Below, piece after piece: positions 10,150 through 20,938 of a stretch of 64,000 nucleotides of DNA (position 1 is its first letter; each line of letters opens with the position of its first letter). The position numbers were made by a program, and so were the translations under genes. The notes under the pieces were generated by a model. The model ran no database searches and had not been told where the DNA came from. It saw only the letters and a list, made by a program, of their open reading frames with translations. This DNA is from an uncultured Verrucomicrobiae bacterium (lineage in GTDB: Bacteria; Verrucomicrobiota; Verrucomicrobiia; Opitutales; JABDGR01): contig CAVXVB010000008.1 of assembly GCA_963765205.1 (NCBI GenBank), positions 128,001 to 192,000 on the forward strand. Reading direction: 5' to 3'.

Positions 10150-11304
10150 ATGTCTTCCCCTTTCTCATTGCTCGCGACCGCCGGCGGCGCGCGGCGCGGG
10201 CGGCTGCGCACGGCGCATGGCGCGGTCGAGACGCCGGCCTTCATGCCCGTGGGCACGCAGGGGACGGTCAAGGCCGCGACGCCCGCGCAACTGCGCGAAG
10301 TGGGCGCGCAAATCATCCTGAGCAATACCTATCACCTGAACCTGCGGCCCGGGCCTGCGCTCATCCGCGAACTCGGCGGCCTGCATAAATTCATGGCCTG
10401 GGACGGGCCGATTTTGACCGACAGCGGCGGCTTCCAGGTCTTCAGCCTCGCCAAGCTGCGCAAAATTTCCGACGACGGCGTGGCGTTCCGCTCTCACCTC
10501 GACGGCGCGGAGATTTTCCTCGGCCCGCGCGAGTGCATGGAAATCCAGGCCGCGCTCGGTTCCGACATCGCGATGGTGCTGGACGAATGCCCGCCCTGGC
10601 CCGCGCCAGAGGAGGACGTGCGCGCGGCGGTGGCGCGCACGCTGCGCTGGGCGAAAGCCTGCCGCGAGGTCTGGCGCGGACTCGGCCAGCCGGAACAGGG
10701 CCGCCAGCTTTTCGCCATCGTGCAGGGGTCGTCCTTCGCCGCATTGCGCCGCGAATGCGCGGAGGCGCTCGCCGCGCTGGATTTTCCCGGCTATGCCATT
10801 GGCGGCGTCAGCGTCGGCGAGCCGGAGGCGGAGATGCTCGCCGCGGTGGCCGCCGCGACGCCGCATCTCCCGGCGGACAAGCCGCGCTACGTGATGGGCG
10901 TGGGCACGCCGCCGCAGCTTTTGCGCATGATCGCGCTGGGCGTGGATTTGTTTGATTGCGTGATGCCGACGCGCCTCGCGCGGCACGGCTGCGCGTTCAC
11001 GCCCGACGGCCCGGTGATTTTGAAAAACGCGCAATTCGCGCGCGACGCCCGCCCGCTCGTCGAAGGGCTGGACAATTACACCTGTCGCCATTTCACGCGC
11101 GCGTATCTGCGCCACCTCGTGATGTGCGGCGAAATCCTCGGCTGCACGCTGCTCACGCTGCACAACCTGCATTTTTATTTGAACCTGATGGCCCAAGCCC
11201 GCGCGCAAATTGAAAGCGGCGGTTTTGAAAAATGGGCGCGGGAGTGGTGCGCGCGGTATGAGGCCGGGGAAGGAGCGGGTGACGCGGCACCGGAGGCAGA
11301 TTAA
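10150..11304 (+). CDS. tgt: tRNA-guanine transglycosylase
   Basis: TPAFMPVGTQGTVK, NTYHL, LTDSGGFQVFSL, DCVMPTR, HNLHFY. Confidence 0.96.
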   Translation: MSSPFSLLATAGGARRGRLRTAHGAVETPAFMPVGTQGTVKAATPAQLREVGAQIILSNTYHLNLRPGPALIRELGGLHKFMAWDGPILTDSGGFQVFSLAKLRKISDDGVAFRSHLDGAEIFLGPRECMEIQAALGSDIAMVLDECPPWPAPEEDVRAAVARTLRWAKACREVWRGLGQPEQGRQLFAIVQGSSFAALRRECAEALAALDFPGYAIGGVSVGEPEAEMLAAVAAATPHLPADKPRYVMGVGTPPQLLRMIALGVDLFDCVMPTRLARHGCAFTPDGPVILKNAQFARDARPLVEGLDNYTCRHFTRAYLRHLVMCGEILGCTLLTLHNLHFYLNLMAQARAQIESGGFEKWAREWCARYEAGEGAGDAAPEAD

Positions 11305-11309
11305 CACCT

Positions 11310-11813
11310 ATGCTTGTCCTATTCTGTTCTCGCCTAATATCTAATGTCAGGCATAATTTTAATGAAATGATTAGCCGAAAACCTTTCCTGGTTTTAGCCT
11401 CCTTGGCCTATGCGCTATATGTCTTGAGCTATTGCATGGGCGTTGGGTTTGACGTCGCTTTTTGGCAAGTCGACTGGGCGATTTTTGCCAAACTTTGCCT
11501 GTTGGCATTTCCAATTTATATTTATTTGGGGTTTAGGTTTAATACGAAGCTGTTTTGGTATGATCTTTTGTTTTTGCTTATTCCCTACATAATCTGGTTT
11601 TTATCTGTTCTTTTTATCCCCAAGTCATTGATAAATGGCTTTATCGTAGAACCGGAAATTCTTTTTCTTTTATTTGGGCTATATTTTTCAATCATACCAC
11701 TCTCTAATTTGAAATTGAGGATCTCTCGTAAAATGATCTGCTCGCTACTTGCAATATTTCTGTCAATTGGAGCTTGGGCGGTTGCCTATGTTGTTCCGGC
11801 CCTTCCGGAGTGA
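11310..11813 (+). CDS. hypothetical multi-pass membrane protein, AT-rich (possible start 11367)
   Basis: Hydrophobic ORF with about 5 TM segments; composition sharply more AT-rich than the flanks. Confidence 0.6.
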   Translation: MLVLFCSRLISNVRHNFNEMISRKPFLVLASLAYALYVLSYCMGVGFDVAFWQVDWAIFAKLCLLAFPIYIYLGFRFNTKLFWYDLLFLLIPYIIWFLSVLFIPKSLINGFIVEPEILFLLFGLYFSIIPLSNLKLRISRKMICSLLAIFLSIGAWAVAYVVPALPE

Positions 11814-11902
11814 AGAGGGCGCAGTCTTGCGGTGTCTTTTTTGATGTTGCCTCGAGAAACAGAAGGGCTTGCCCCACAGCCATTTTTTTCCATTATCGCA
11901 TC

Positions 11903-12157
11903 ATGCCAACCACCTCTTACCGTTACCTGATGAGCATCCCCGGCGTGTGCGCGGGGCGGATGATCGTGGAGGGCACGCGCATCGGCGTGCATGACGTGGT
12001 AGGCCTGATCGTCAATGGCGCGAGCGTGGATGACGTGTGCCGCAGCTTTCCCGATTTGAAGCGCTCCCAGGTTTACGAATGCCTGGCTTACTACGAGGAC
12101 CATCGGGGCGAGATTGACGCGCTCGTGGCGGAACAAATGAACGCCAACTTCGCTTAG
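11903..12157 (+). CDS. DUF433 family protein (putative antitoxin)
   Basis: PGVCAGRMIVEGTRIGV...FPDLKRSQVYECLAYY pattern. Confidence 0.85.
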   Translation: MPTTSYRYLMSIPGVCAGRMIVEGTRIGVHDVVGLIVNGASVDDVCRSFPDLKRSQVYECLAYYEDHRGEIDALVAEQMNANFA

Positions 12158-13035
12158 GGTTGATCGGACACGGACCTGAATTCCTTGCTCCACGCTTCGA
12201 TAAATTCTTGTGGGTTGGCACCGCGCTCGCGCAGGGTGGCCAAGCTCAGGGCGTCATTCCTTTTCGCCAGACGCTGGCCGTTTTCATCGAGCATCAGCGG
12301 CGCGTGGCACCAGGCGGGGGCGGCCCAGCCGAGGGCGCGGTAGAGGAGGAGTTGGCGGGCGGTGCTTTTGAGGAGGTCCGCGCCGCGCACGACTTCGGTG
12401 ATCTGCATGGCGTGGTCGTCGGCGACGACGGCGAGTTCGTAGGCGGGCACGTCGTCGCGCCGCCAGACGAGGAAGTCGCCGAAATCCCGGCCGGCGGTGA
12501 AGGCTTGCGGGCCGCGCAGGGCGTCGGAAAAAGTGATCGTCTCGCCGTCGGGGACGCGGAAGCGCCAGTTCGCGTGGACGGCGGCGGGCGCGGGAAAGTC
12601 GCGGCCCGCGCCGGGGGGCGGGCGCCAGGCGGGCGGGTAGAGCGGCTCGGCGTCCTCCTCGTCGGCGTGCGGGGCCTGGGCGGCGCGCTGCACGTCGGCG
12701 CGCGAACGGGAGCAGGGGTAAATAAAACCGCCGTCGCGCAGGCGTTGCCAGGCGTCGAGATAAATGGCGCGGCGGCGGCTTTGCTCGTAGGGCGCGTGCG
12801 GGCCGCCGACGTCGGGGCCTTCGTCCCAAGTGAGGCCGAGCCAGCGCAAGTCGTCGAGCGCGGCGGCGGCAAATTCGGGGCGGCAGCGGGCGGCGTCCAA
12901 ATCTTCGATGCGCAAAACCAGCCGCGCCTCCGGCCCGGCGGCGCGGGCGCGGGCCTGGACGAGCCAGAATGTGCGGGCGTGGCCGAGGTGGAGGCGCCCG
13001 GTGGGCGTGGGAGCGAGGCGGCCGCGGTAAGGCAT
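12154..13035 (-). CDS. gluQ: glutamyl-queuosine tRNA(Asp) synthetase
   Basis: GRLAPTPTGRLHLGH, LRIEDLD, VVRGADL, RLAKR; truncated GluRS size. Confidence 0.9.
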   Translation of the reverse strand: MPYRGRLAPTPTGRLHLGHARTFWLVQARARAAGPEARLVLRIEDLDAARCRPEFAAAALDDLRWLGLTWDEGPDVGGPHAPYEQSRRRAIYLDAWQRLRDGGFIYPCSRSRADVQRAAQAPHADEEDAEPLYPPAWRPPPGAGRDFPAPAAVHANWRFRVPDGETITFSDALRGPQAFTAGRDFGDFLVWRRDDVPAYELAVVADDHAMQITEVVRGADLLKSTARQLLLYRALGWAAPAWCHAPLMLDENGQRLAKRNDALSLATLRERGANPQEFIEAWSKEFRSVSDQP

Positions 13036-13039
13036 GGGG

Positions 13040-13280
13040 GAAGGATGAAGGATGAGGGATGAAGGATGAAGAAAGAGAATTCCGGATTTCGAGTGCCATC
13101 GAATAAATCGCCGCCAAAGTCCTCTCGGAGATTTTCATTGATTTTTCAAATTAGCCATCCGTATTTCGATTTCCTTCATCCTTCATCCTTCATCCTTCAT
13201 CCTTCATCCTTCATCCTTCATCCTTCATCCTTCATCCTTCATCCTTCATCCTTTCTTTTTCCTCCCTCATCCGTCATCCT
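13040..13280. repeat. Inverted 7-mer element (GGATGAA / TTCATCC); right arm has 11 perfect CCTTCAT copies
   Basis: Left arm 13040-13072; right arm 13173-13249 plus degenerate copies to about 13280. Confidence 0.9.
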
Positions 13281-13307
13281 TTAGTTTCCGTCCCTCTTCC
13301 TTCCCTT

Positions 13308-14342
13308 ATGTCCCTCACCGACAACCGCGCGGAGCGCTACCAGCCTTGGCTGGAGCGTTTTTGCCACCTGGCCCTGGTGTTTGCCGCGCTCGTCCTGCTC
13401 GCGGGCGGGGAGACGACGAGCAACCAGGCGGGGATGGCGTTTCTGACCTGGCCGCTGTCGAACGGCTCGCTAAACCCGGCGGGCTGGCTGGAGAACCTGA
13501 GCATGTTTTGCGAGCACAGCCACCGTCTGCTCGCGGGCACGCTCTCGACTCTGACGATCGCGGCCGCGGTTTGGATCCAGTTCACCGAATCGCGGCGATG
13601 GGTGCGGCGGCTGGCGTGGATATTGGTCGGGACGATTTTGACGCAGGCCCTCCTCGGCGGGTTGCGCGTGCTGCTCGACAACTTGAACACGCATTGGGCG
13701 ACCGACACGGTGGCGCTCTGCCTGCGCGTCGCCCATGCGATGGTCGCGGAGGTCACGGTCGTCATGTGGGTGACGGTGACGGTGGCGCTGTCGCGCGGGT
13801 GGATGGTGCGCGGCGTGGGGGCGCAGTTGGTGGCGCCAAGCGTGCGGCGCTGGGGGCACATCGCGTGCGCGGTGATTTTCCTGCAAATCTTCATCGGGGC
13901 GGTGATGCGCCACAGCGGCTATGGGTTGGCCATCCCGACGTTTCCGGCGTCCACGCTGGATGGCGCGCTGCTGCCGGCGGGGTGGAGCTGGCCGGTGGCG
14001 GTGAATTTCGCGCACCGGGTGGGGGCTTGCGTGGTGACGGTGACGATCTTCGGGCTGGCGGTGAGCGTGTATCGCGACGCGGCGGCGCGGCGGCAACTCG
14101 GCTCGTGGATGACGATGATTTTGCTGGTGGTGGCGGTGCAAATCGGCCTCGGGGCCGAAGTTATATGGAGCAATAAGAATCCTAATGTTGCGACGGCCCA
14201 CCTGCTGACGGGGGCCTTTTTGCTTGCCTCGACCTGGGTGCTTACGTTTCTATCTTACCGGTCGAAATGGTGGCCGCCGGAAGCGGCGGAGCATCCCGCC
14301 AGCGCGGATGCCCCCACCCTTTTGCCGCCCGCTTACCGATGA
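13308..14342 (+). CDS. ctaA: heme A synthase (COX15/CtaA)
   Basis: EHSHRLLAG, QALLGG, AHAMVAE, FAHRVGA, ATAHLLTG; about 8 TM segments. Confidence 0.88.
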   Translation: MSLTDNRAERYQPWLERFCHLALVFAALVLLAGGETTSNQAGMAFLTWPLSNGSLNPAGWLENLSMFCEHSHRLLAGTLSTLTIAAAVWIQFTESRRWVRRLAWILVGTILTQALLGGLRVLLDNLNTHWATDTVALCLRVAHAMVAEVTVVMWVTVTVALSRGWMVRGVGAQLVAPSVRRWGHIACAVIFLQIFIGAVMRHSGYGLAIPTFPASTLDGALLPAGWSWPVAVNFAHRVGACVVTVTIFGLAVSVYRDAAARRQLGSWMTMILLVVAVQIGLGAEVIWSNKNPNVATAHLLTGAFLLASTWVLTFLSYRSKWWPPEAAEHPASADAPTLLPPAYR

Positions 14343-15265
14343 GTTCCAAGGCCCTTGCCGCCCCGCTGCCCGCCGCCGTCCAACCGGTGGCGCGCACGCG
14401 CGCGCAACTCGGCGAATACTGGGAGCTGACGAAGCCGCGGCTAAGCTTTCTCTCGGTCATCACGGCGGTCGTGGGCTACCTGGTGGCGCGGCCCGAGCGG
14501 AATTTTATGGTACTGGGGTGCCTGGTCATTGGGACGACGAGCGCGGCGTTTGGCGCGGGGGTCTTGAACCAATGGCTCGAACGCGAGCTGGACACGCGGA
14601 TGGCGCGCACGCGCGGGCGGCCGCTGCCGTCGGGCGCGATTTCACCGGCGGCGGCGCTGGTTTTTGGCCTGGCGCTGGCGGCCTGCGGCCCGCTGGTGTT
14701 GTGGGCGGGCGTGAATGCGCTGGCGGCGCTGCTGGCGCTGGCGACGCTGGCGAGCTACCTGTTGGTTTACACCCCGCTCAAGCGGCGCACGCCCTGGTGC
14801 ACGATCATCGGCTCAATTCCCGGCGCGCTGCCCCCGCTCATCGGCTCGGCGGCGGCGAGCGGCACGATCAAGCCGCTGGGCTGGATTTTGTTCGGCGTGC
14901 TGTTTGCGTGGCAGATTCCACACTTTTTTGCGCTGGCCTGGACTTACCGGCGCGATTACGCGCTGGCCCGCTTCCCGATGAGCACGGTCGTGGACCCGAC
15001 TGGCCGCCGCGCGGCACGCGACAGCCTGGTGTTCACCGTCGCCCTCGTCGTGTGCAGCCTGTTGCCCGTGGCACTCGGACTAGCCAGCCTGTTCTACGGC
15101 TTGGTGGCGCTCGGCATCGGCGGCTGGTTTTTGCAGCGCGCCTGGCAATTCGCCCGCGCCGACGAGACCACGCGCGACCAGCCCGCCCGGCGGCTGTTTT
15201 CGGCGAGCCTGGCCTATTTGCCGCTGACGCTGGCGGCACTGGTCGTGGACCGGCTGCTGGGGTAG
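14339..15265 (+). CDS. ctaB: protoheme IX farnesyltransferase (heme O synthase)
   Basis: LTKPRL, NQWLERELDTRMARTRGRPLPSG, YTPLKR, WQIPHF. Confidence 0.94.
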   Translation: MSSKALAAPLPAAVQPVARTRAQLGEYWELTKPRLSFLSVITAVVGYLVARPERNFMVLGCLVIGTTSAAFGAGVLNQWLERELDTRMARTRGRPLPSGAISPAAALVFGLALAACGPLVLWAGVNALAALLALATLASYLLVYTPLKRRTPWCTIIGSIPGALPPLIGSAAASGTIKPLGWILFGVLFAWQIPHFFALAWTYRRDYALARFPMSTVVDPTGRRAARDSLVFTVALVVCSLLPVALGLASLFYGLVALGIGGWFLQRAWQFARADETTRDQPARRLFSASLAYLPLTLAALVVDRLLG

Positions 15266-15380
15266 GAATTATGATTTAGGATTTAAGATTTATGAAAGGG
15301 CCGCTTCACGCGTGGCCCGATTTCCATTTTAATGGTGCGCGGTTTTTTATTTCATAATTCATAAATCCTAATTCATAAAT
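15266..15380. repeat. Inverted 7-mer element (ATTTAWG / TTCATAA)
   Basis: Arms 15266-15297 and 15350-15380; the right arm overlaps the ATG at 15379. Confidence 0.8.
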
Positions 15381-15816
15381 GTCTTTGGCCGACCTCCCCT
15401 TCCCCGAGATCAACGCCTGCCTGAACGGCTCGGCGACGGTGCTCCTGACGGCGGGGTTTGTGCTGATCAAGCAAAAGCGCGTGGCCGCGCACCGGGCCGT
15501 CATGCTCGCGACGTTTGCGATTTCGGTGGTTTTCCTGACCAGCTACGTCGCCGGCAAAATCGCGCGCGGCCTCACGTATTTCGACGGCCACGGTTTCTGG
15601 CGCGCGTTCTACTTCACGCTTTTGACGACCCACACGATTCTCGCCATCGTCATCGTGCCGCTGATTTTGCGCACCCTGTATCTCGCGCTCAAAGGCGATT
15701 ACGCCCGCCACCGCGCCTGGGCGAAGTGGACTTTCCCGCTCTGGTATTACGTCTCGGTCACGGGGGTGCTGGTTTACTTCATGCTGTTCCAGTGGTTTCC
15801 GCACCACCAGGGGTAG
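15379..15816 (+). CDS. DUF420 (CtaM/YozB-like) membrane protein
   Basis: INACLN, HRAVM, HTILA, WYYVSVTGVLVY; follows ctaA-ctaB. Confidence 0.88.
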   Translation: MSLADLPFPEINACLNGSATVLLTAGFVLIKQKRVAAHRAVMLATFAISVVFLTSYVAGKIARGLTYFDGHGFWRAFYFTLLTTHTILAIVIVPLILRTLYLALKGDYARHRAWAKWTFPLWYYVSVTGVLVYFMLFQWFPHHQG

Positions 15817-15821
15817 TTTTG

Positions 15822-15915
15822 AGTTTACCGTTTTCGGTTTTCGGTTTTCGGTTTGCGGTTCTTGCTTAGCGGACGGCACAACCAACTGGAAACCGAAAAC
15901 TGAAAACCGTAAACT
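15822..15915. repeat. Inverted 7-mer element (GTTTTCG / CCGAAAA) between convergent genes
   Basis: Arms 15822-15854 and 15884-15915 are reverse-complementary. Confidence 0.85.
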
Positions 15916-18900
15916 TATTTAAGCGGCCAGCCCCCGGCTTCGGCGATGGCGGCGTCAATTTCCTTTTGGAGGCGGAGGGTTTCGGCCAGGGCGGCGACGA
16001 TTTTGGGGTAGGTCTGCCGCTCCTCGATGTTCAACTGGCGGCCCTTGCGGTCCTTCAGCCATTTTTCGCAAACCTGGTAGCCGCCGACCTGGTATTCCCA
16101 AACCTCCGGCGGCACGTTCTCGAACCATTGGTCGTCGTTGATGCGAACGATCCCCAGCGCCTTACCTTTTGGCGGAGTGTAAGTGATTTCATTGACTTCA
16201 TCACGACCTTTAACGGGATAGGTTACTTGGAGGCTGCCTTTTACCGCCAAGGTGTGCAAATCCAGCAGGTCTTTGCCGAATCCGCATAAAATTCCAAATA
16301 ACCTCAGATTGGATATAAGCGGCAATCTTGGAAAATCCGTACGGAGAAACTCCGCGTAGCGTTGAGCATAACTTGGGGCCTGAAATATTGCATACGCATA
16401 TTCAAATATCCCGAGTGGCCCAACCGTTTTTGAAAGAGAACCAAGCCCATCGGGAACATATTTCAGTTTCAGTCTTCCCATAAATTCCTCGATAAATTGC
16501 GGTGAGAGGTTTGCGTGGACAGGCGCGCTTTCTTCCACCAGCCATTTCTCGGCACGTTTTTTGACCGGATGAATATAGAGTGGCGAAATATAGCTGCCAT
16601 CATAGGGTGTGCAGAGCTTATGCTGGCCGGCTGGGAGTTTGGTAACATGCACGGCAAATCTTTCCTTCGTTTGCCGCGTGGTTACAAGCGCCGGCGAACC
16701 GTTGATAATCTGATCGTTGATTTCTGGACGAAAATAATCAAAGGCATGCGGTCCATATAACATATAGCGGAAATCGAATGGACGGTAGATGCATGCTTCG
16801 ATGCTGCTTTGATCCGGCGGAATTTTTCTTGCCGCGCTTAACTTCCAGTCTCGCGTGTCGGGTATTTTGTATTTGTTCCGCAGGTCGTCATCACTCAAGT
16901 TTTGGTTTAACAAATCCTTGAGCCGCTTTTCGGCGGTGTTTCTGTCAAAAGCAATGGCGAAATCATCCCGATGCGAGTTTGGACCGAGGGATGTAATCGG
17001 CATCATGTCCTTAATCCTCCATCCCCGCTCATACTCCTCCTTCAAGGCGAGGTTTTGGGGGAAGAAGAAATAATCCGGGGACTTGGGTTTGAGGGGCGCC
17101 CAGGGGGTGTTGGCGAGGTCGTGGTGGTTGAGCCACTCGTATTTGTGCTTGCGGTCACCCCAGAGGTGGACGTGGCGGACGGCGGCGGGCTTTTTCTTCG
17201 CGCCGGCTTTGGCCGGGAGCTTGACGAAGAGGCCGAGGGCGACGCCTTGCTGGATGTCGAAGACATTCTGGTCTTTGCCGCCGCCGGGCGCGGTTTCCTT
17301 TTTCTTGGAATTGCCGTGCAAGTCCACCAGCCAGATTTCATCAAAGGCCGTCATCAACTGCTGGCGCATCCCGCGAAAGGTCGGGTTGTCGAGGTAGCCG
17401 TGGTTGGTGACAAAGGCGAGGACGCCCTGGCCGGTCCGCTCGATGCGCCAGGAGGCCCAGCGGATGAACTTCACGTAGTCGTCCTGGAGCCATTTGGGGT
17501 TGCGCTCGCCGAGGGGTTGGCCGTCCACCTGGTAATAATCGCGGAGCAGGCCGCCGATCCATTCGCCCTTGTTGGCGGAATGGCCGGAATAGGGCGGGTT
17601 GCCGAGGACGACGAGCACGGGCTTTTTCGATTTCACATCGGCGGCGCTTTGGGCCTCGTCGCTGATGGCCTGGGCGGCGGGGCCGAGGCTGGGTTGGATT
17701 TGATGGCCGAGGTCGTCGAGCGTGTTGGTGAGAAAAATGTTGAGGCGTTCGCCGGGTTGGAATTCGTAGGCCCATTGGTCGCGCCAGAGTTCGTCCATGT
17801 CGCGGGCGGCGAGTTCGAGGCCGAGCTTGAAATGCGCGCAGGCGTAGGGAGCCATCAATAGTTCGAAACCAAAGAGGCGCGGCAGCAGGTCGCGGTGGAC
17901 GTAGCCGGGCCACTGGCCGGCGTCGTCGCGGCGCACGAATTGGTCGCGGACAAAGCGGATAATGGCGTAGAGAAAACTGGCCGTGCCGGTGGCGGGGTCG
18001 AGAATGAGCACGCGGTGGGAACTGGTTGGCCCGGCGACGCGCGCGGCGTCGGCCAGGCCATCCGGGAGGTGAAAGCGGGTTTTGAGCAGTTGGTCCACCG
18101 AGCGCACCAGCCAGCCGACGATGGGTTCGGGCGTGTAATAAAACACCGCGCAGCTCGCGCAGCTTCGGGTCGTAAGCGCCGAGGAAGGTTTCGTAAAAAT
18201 GCAGCATCGGGTCGGCCCGGCCCGTGGTTTGTCCGAAATGCCGCAGCAGGGCATAAATGTCGGTGTGGGCGAGAGTTTGCACGAGGTCGTTGACAAAAGG
18301 CGCAAACGGCTCGTCCTCCATTTGCGGGCCGGTGATGAGGTAGAAGAAATCGCGCAAAAACGGATTGGTTTTCGGGATGTGTTTCTGCGCCGCCGCGCGG
18401 TCAAAGCCCTTCGCGCCGCCGCCCATGAGGCGCGCGGAGAACAGGCCGTAGGCGAGGGTCTGCGCAAACATGTCGGCGAAATCGTCATCGGCGAGGTCGG
18501 GCAGGAGCGTTTTGCGAAAAGCCTCGCGCCAGTCCTGCAGCACCGGCGAAGCGCTCTTTTCGGCGAAGGCATCCACGATCAAATCGCGGATGAGATGGGT
18601 CCGCCGGGCCATGCGCTGGGCCAGCTCGTCGGGCGAATCAATGCCTTGCGGGGTCTGCTGGAAAAAACCGCGCAGGAGGGCAAGAACGGCCTCGAATTGC
18701 TTTTCATCCACGCCGAGTTTGCCGGCGCCCAGCGGGCGGGCCAGCGACGCGCGGCCGCGCGGCTCGCCCTCGACATACCAGCGGAACTCAAGGTAGTCGG
18801 TCAACAGCAAGTTGGGCAGCGAGCGGCGGTAGCGGCGCAGTTGCTCGGATTTTTCCGCGTCGTCGAGCGAGACGCCGATGTCCTTGGCCTCGACGTAGCC

Positions 18901-19119
18901 GAGGGTGCCGTTGTCGGGCTTGAGGCTGACCAAAAAATCGGGCGCGCCGCAAGCCGCGCGCTTGGGTTCGTTGGTGACCACGAGGCCCTGGCCGGCATCA
19001 AGCCCCTCCAAAAAACGCTGGAGAAAAGGGCGGTAGGTGTGCTCGGTCGCATCGCCACGGGCGAAGGCGCGCGCGACTTCGCGCAGGTAGGCGCGCACGG
19101 CATCGTCCTGGGGTGGCAT
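15915..19119 (-). CDS. single-chain restriction-modification enzyme (Type IIG / ISP-like without helicase): nuclease, N6-adenine MTase and TRD; 1-bp frameshift near 18140
   Basis: N-terminal PDF...GYVEAK; RGV(Y)YTPEP split by an extra T; DPATGTASF motif I; GNPPY motif IV; C-terminal W.YQVGGYQVCEKWLKDRKGR. Confidence 0.85.
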
Positions 19120-19170
19120 GGCGGGATGCTGGCAAGCCCCCCGCGTTTCGCCAAGGCTGAAAATAGCCCG

Positions 19171-19671
19171 TCATTTCTTTTCCGATTGGGCGGCGGACAT
19201 TTTTTTGATGAGGTCGGTGGTGCTGTGACCGGGGAGGAAGGGCAGGAATTCGATGCGGGTGCCGGCGGCCGCGAGCGCGGCGCGTTCGCCGGGGTCGAGT
19301 TTGTCGAGCGTGTAGTCGCCGGCTTTGACGTAGAGGTCGGGGCGCAGGGTGCGGATTTCCTGGTCGAGGCGCGGGGTGTCGAAAACAAAAATCGTGTCCA
19401 CAAAATCGAGCGCGGCGAGGGCGGCGGCGCGGATGGGGGCGCTTTGCACCGGGCGCGTCGGGCCTTTGAGGGCGCGGACGCTGGCGTCGCCATTGAGCGC
19501 AATGAAAAGCGCGCCGCCTTTGTCCGCCGCCGCGCGCAAGTAATGCAGATGCCCGGGATGGAGCAAATCGAAGACCCCGTTGGTGAGCACGACGGGGGTT
19601 CCAGCCGCGCGCAATTCCGCACGCCGGGCAACGGCGGCGGCGAGGTGGCGGAGTTTGGATGACTCGGGCAT
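19171..19671 (-). CDS. cytidyltransferase-family adenylyltransferase (RfaE domain II / HldC-like)
   Basis: TNGVFDLLHPGH, LNGDASVRALKGPTRP, YVKAGDY, GHSTT. Confidence 0.85.
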   Translation of the reverse strand: MPESSKLRHLAAAVARRAELRAAGTPVVLTNGVFDLLHPGHLHYLRAAADKGGALFIALNGDASVRALKGPTRPVQSAPIRAAALAALDFVDTIFVFDTPRLDQEIRTLRPDLYVKAGDYTLDKLDPGERAALAAAGTRIEFLPFLPGHSTTDLIKKMSAAQSEKK

Positions 19672-19675
19672 AAAA

Positions 19676-19810
19676 AGTAGAATATAGGAGGCAGGAGGTG
19701 GAAGGTAGAATAAAAACACGGAAAGAATCCTCCCTCTTTTTGGGGATCAATCATCAAACAAACGGAGCCTGACGATTCCACCTCCTACCTCCTACCTTCT
19801 AGCTTCTAGT
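19676..19810. repeat. Inverted 7-mer element (GTAGRAG / CTYCTAC)
   Basis: Arms 19676-19711 and 19775-19810. Confidence 0.8.
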
Positions 19811-19814
19811 CCCC

Positions 19815-20930
19815 TCACATCTCAAAAAACTTTTTGGCCTTTTCGAAAAAGGACTCGCTGACGGGTTGCTCGGCGTCGCCGCAGGCGTGGCCGAAGGCCT
19901 CGAGTTTTTGGCGCTGCTCGGCGGTAAGTTTCTTGGGAACTTCGATTTCCACGCGCACATACTGGTCGCCCGGGCCGGCGCCGCGGAGCGAGGGCATCCC
20001 GCGCCCGCGCAGGCGCAGTTGGGTGCCGCTTTGCGTGCCGGGGGGGATTTTCAGTTGCGCCTTGCCGGTGAGCGTCGGCACGTCGAGCGGGCCGCCGAGC
20101 GAGGCGAGCGTGAACTTAATGGGGATGGTGCAGTGCAGGTCGTCGCCATCGCGCTGGAAGAGTTCGTGGTCGCGGACGTGGAGGAAGATGTAGAGGTCGC
20201 CCGCAGGGGCGCCGGGCGCGCCGGCCTCGCCGCCGCCGTTCGAACGCAGTTTTTGGCCGCTATCCACGCCCGGCGGGACGCGGACTTTCAATTTCGCGGT
20301 TTCCTCGACGCGCCCGGCACCGCCACACTGGCCGCAGGGATGGGCGATGAGCGTGCCCTGGCCGTGGCAGTGCGGGCAAGTCTGGCGCACGCTGAAAAAT
20401 CCGCGCGAGGCGACGACCTGGCCCGCGCCGCGGCAAGTGGGGCAAGTCTGGCGTTTGGAGCCGGGCGCGGCGCCGGTGCCGTGGCAGGCGGCGCAGGGGG
20501 CGGCGCGGCGGTATTTGATTTCCTTTTCCACGCCGGCGGCGGCTTCCTCGAGGGTGAGTTCGAGGTCGTAGCGCAAATCGTTGCCGTGCTGGGGGCCGGC
20601 CTGGCCGAAAAACTCCTCGAAACCGCTGCCGCGGAACATCTCGCGAAAGACATCCATCGGGTCGTGGAAACCGCCCGGGCCGGCGGCGCCCGCGCCCGCG
20701 TTCTGGAAGGCGGCATGGCCGTAGCGGTCGTAGGCGGCGCGCTTCTGATCGTCACTCAAGACCTCATAAGCGTGGCCGATTTCCTTGAATTTCTCCTCGG
20801 CCGTCTGGTCGCCCGGATTTTTGTCGGGATGGTATTTGACGGCGAGGCGGCGGTAGGCCTTTTTGATTTCGTCGCCGGAGGCGTCGCGGGCGACCTCAAG
20901 CAACTCATAGTAGTCAACGCGGGTGGACAT
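19815..20930 (-). CDS. dnaJ: chaperone DnaJ
   Basis: J domain with HPD, G/F region, four CxxCxGxG repeats. Confidence 0.97.
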   Translation of the reverse strand: MSTRVDYYELLEVARDASGDEIKKAYRRLAVKYHPDKNPGDQTAEEKFKEIGHAYEVLSDDQKRAAYDRYGHAAFQNAGAGAAGPGGFHDPMDVFREMFRGSGFEEFFGQAGPQHGNDLRYDLELTLEEAAAGVEKEIKYRRAAPCAACHGTGAAPGSKRQTCPTCRGAGQVVASRGFFSVRQTCPHCHGQGTLIAHPCGQCGGAGRVEETAKLKVRVPPGVDSGQKLRSNGGGEAGAPGAPAGDLYIFLHVRDHELFQRDGDDLHCTIPIKFTLASLGGPLDVPTLTGKAQLKIPPGTQSGTQLRLRGRGMPSLRGAGPGDQYVRVEIEVPKKLTAEQRQKLEAFGHACGDAEQPVSESFFEKAKKFFEM

Positions 20931-20938
20931 GGAGGGCC

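Noticed and set aside
13173..13249. Heptamer and nonamer arrays as CRISPR
   Set aside because: No unique spacers between 25-40-bp repeats and no cas genes.
13066..13284. ORF with ILHPSSF repeats, and similar N-terminal extensions on tgt, frr and others
   Set aside because: These are translations of the DNA heptamer repeats, not credible proteins.
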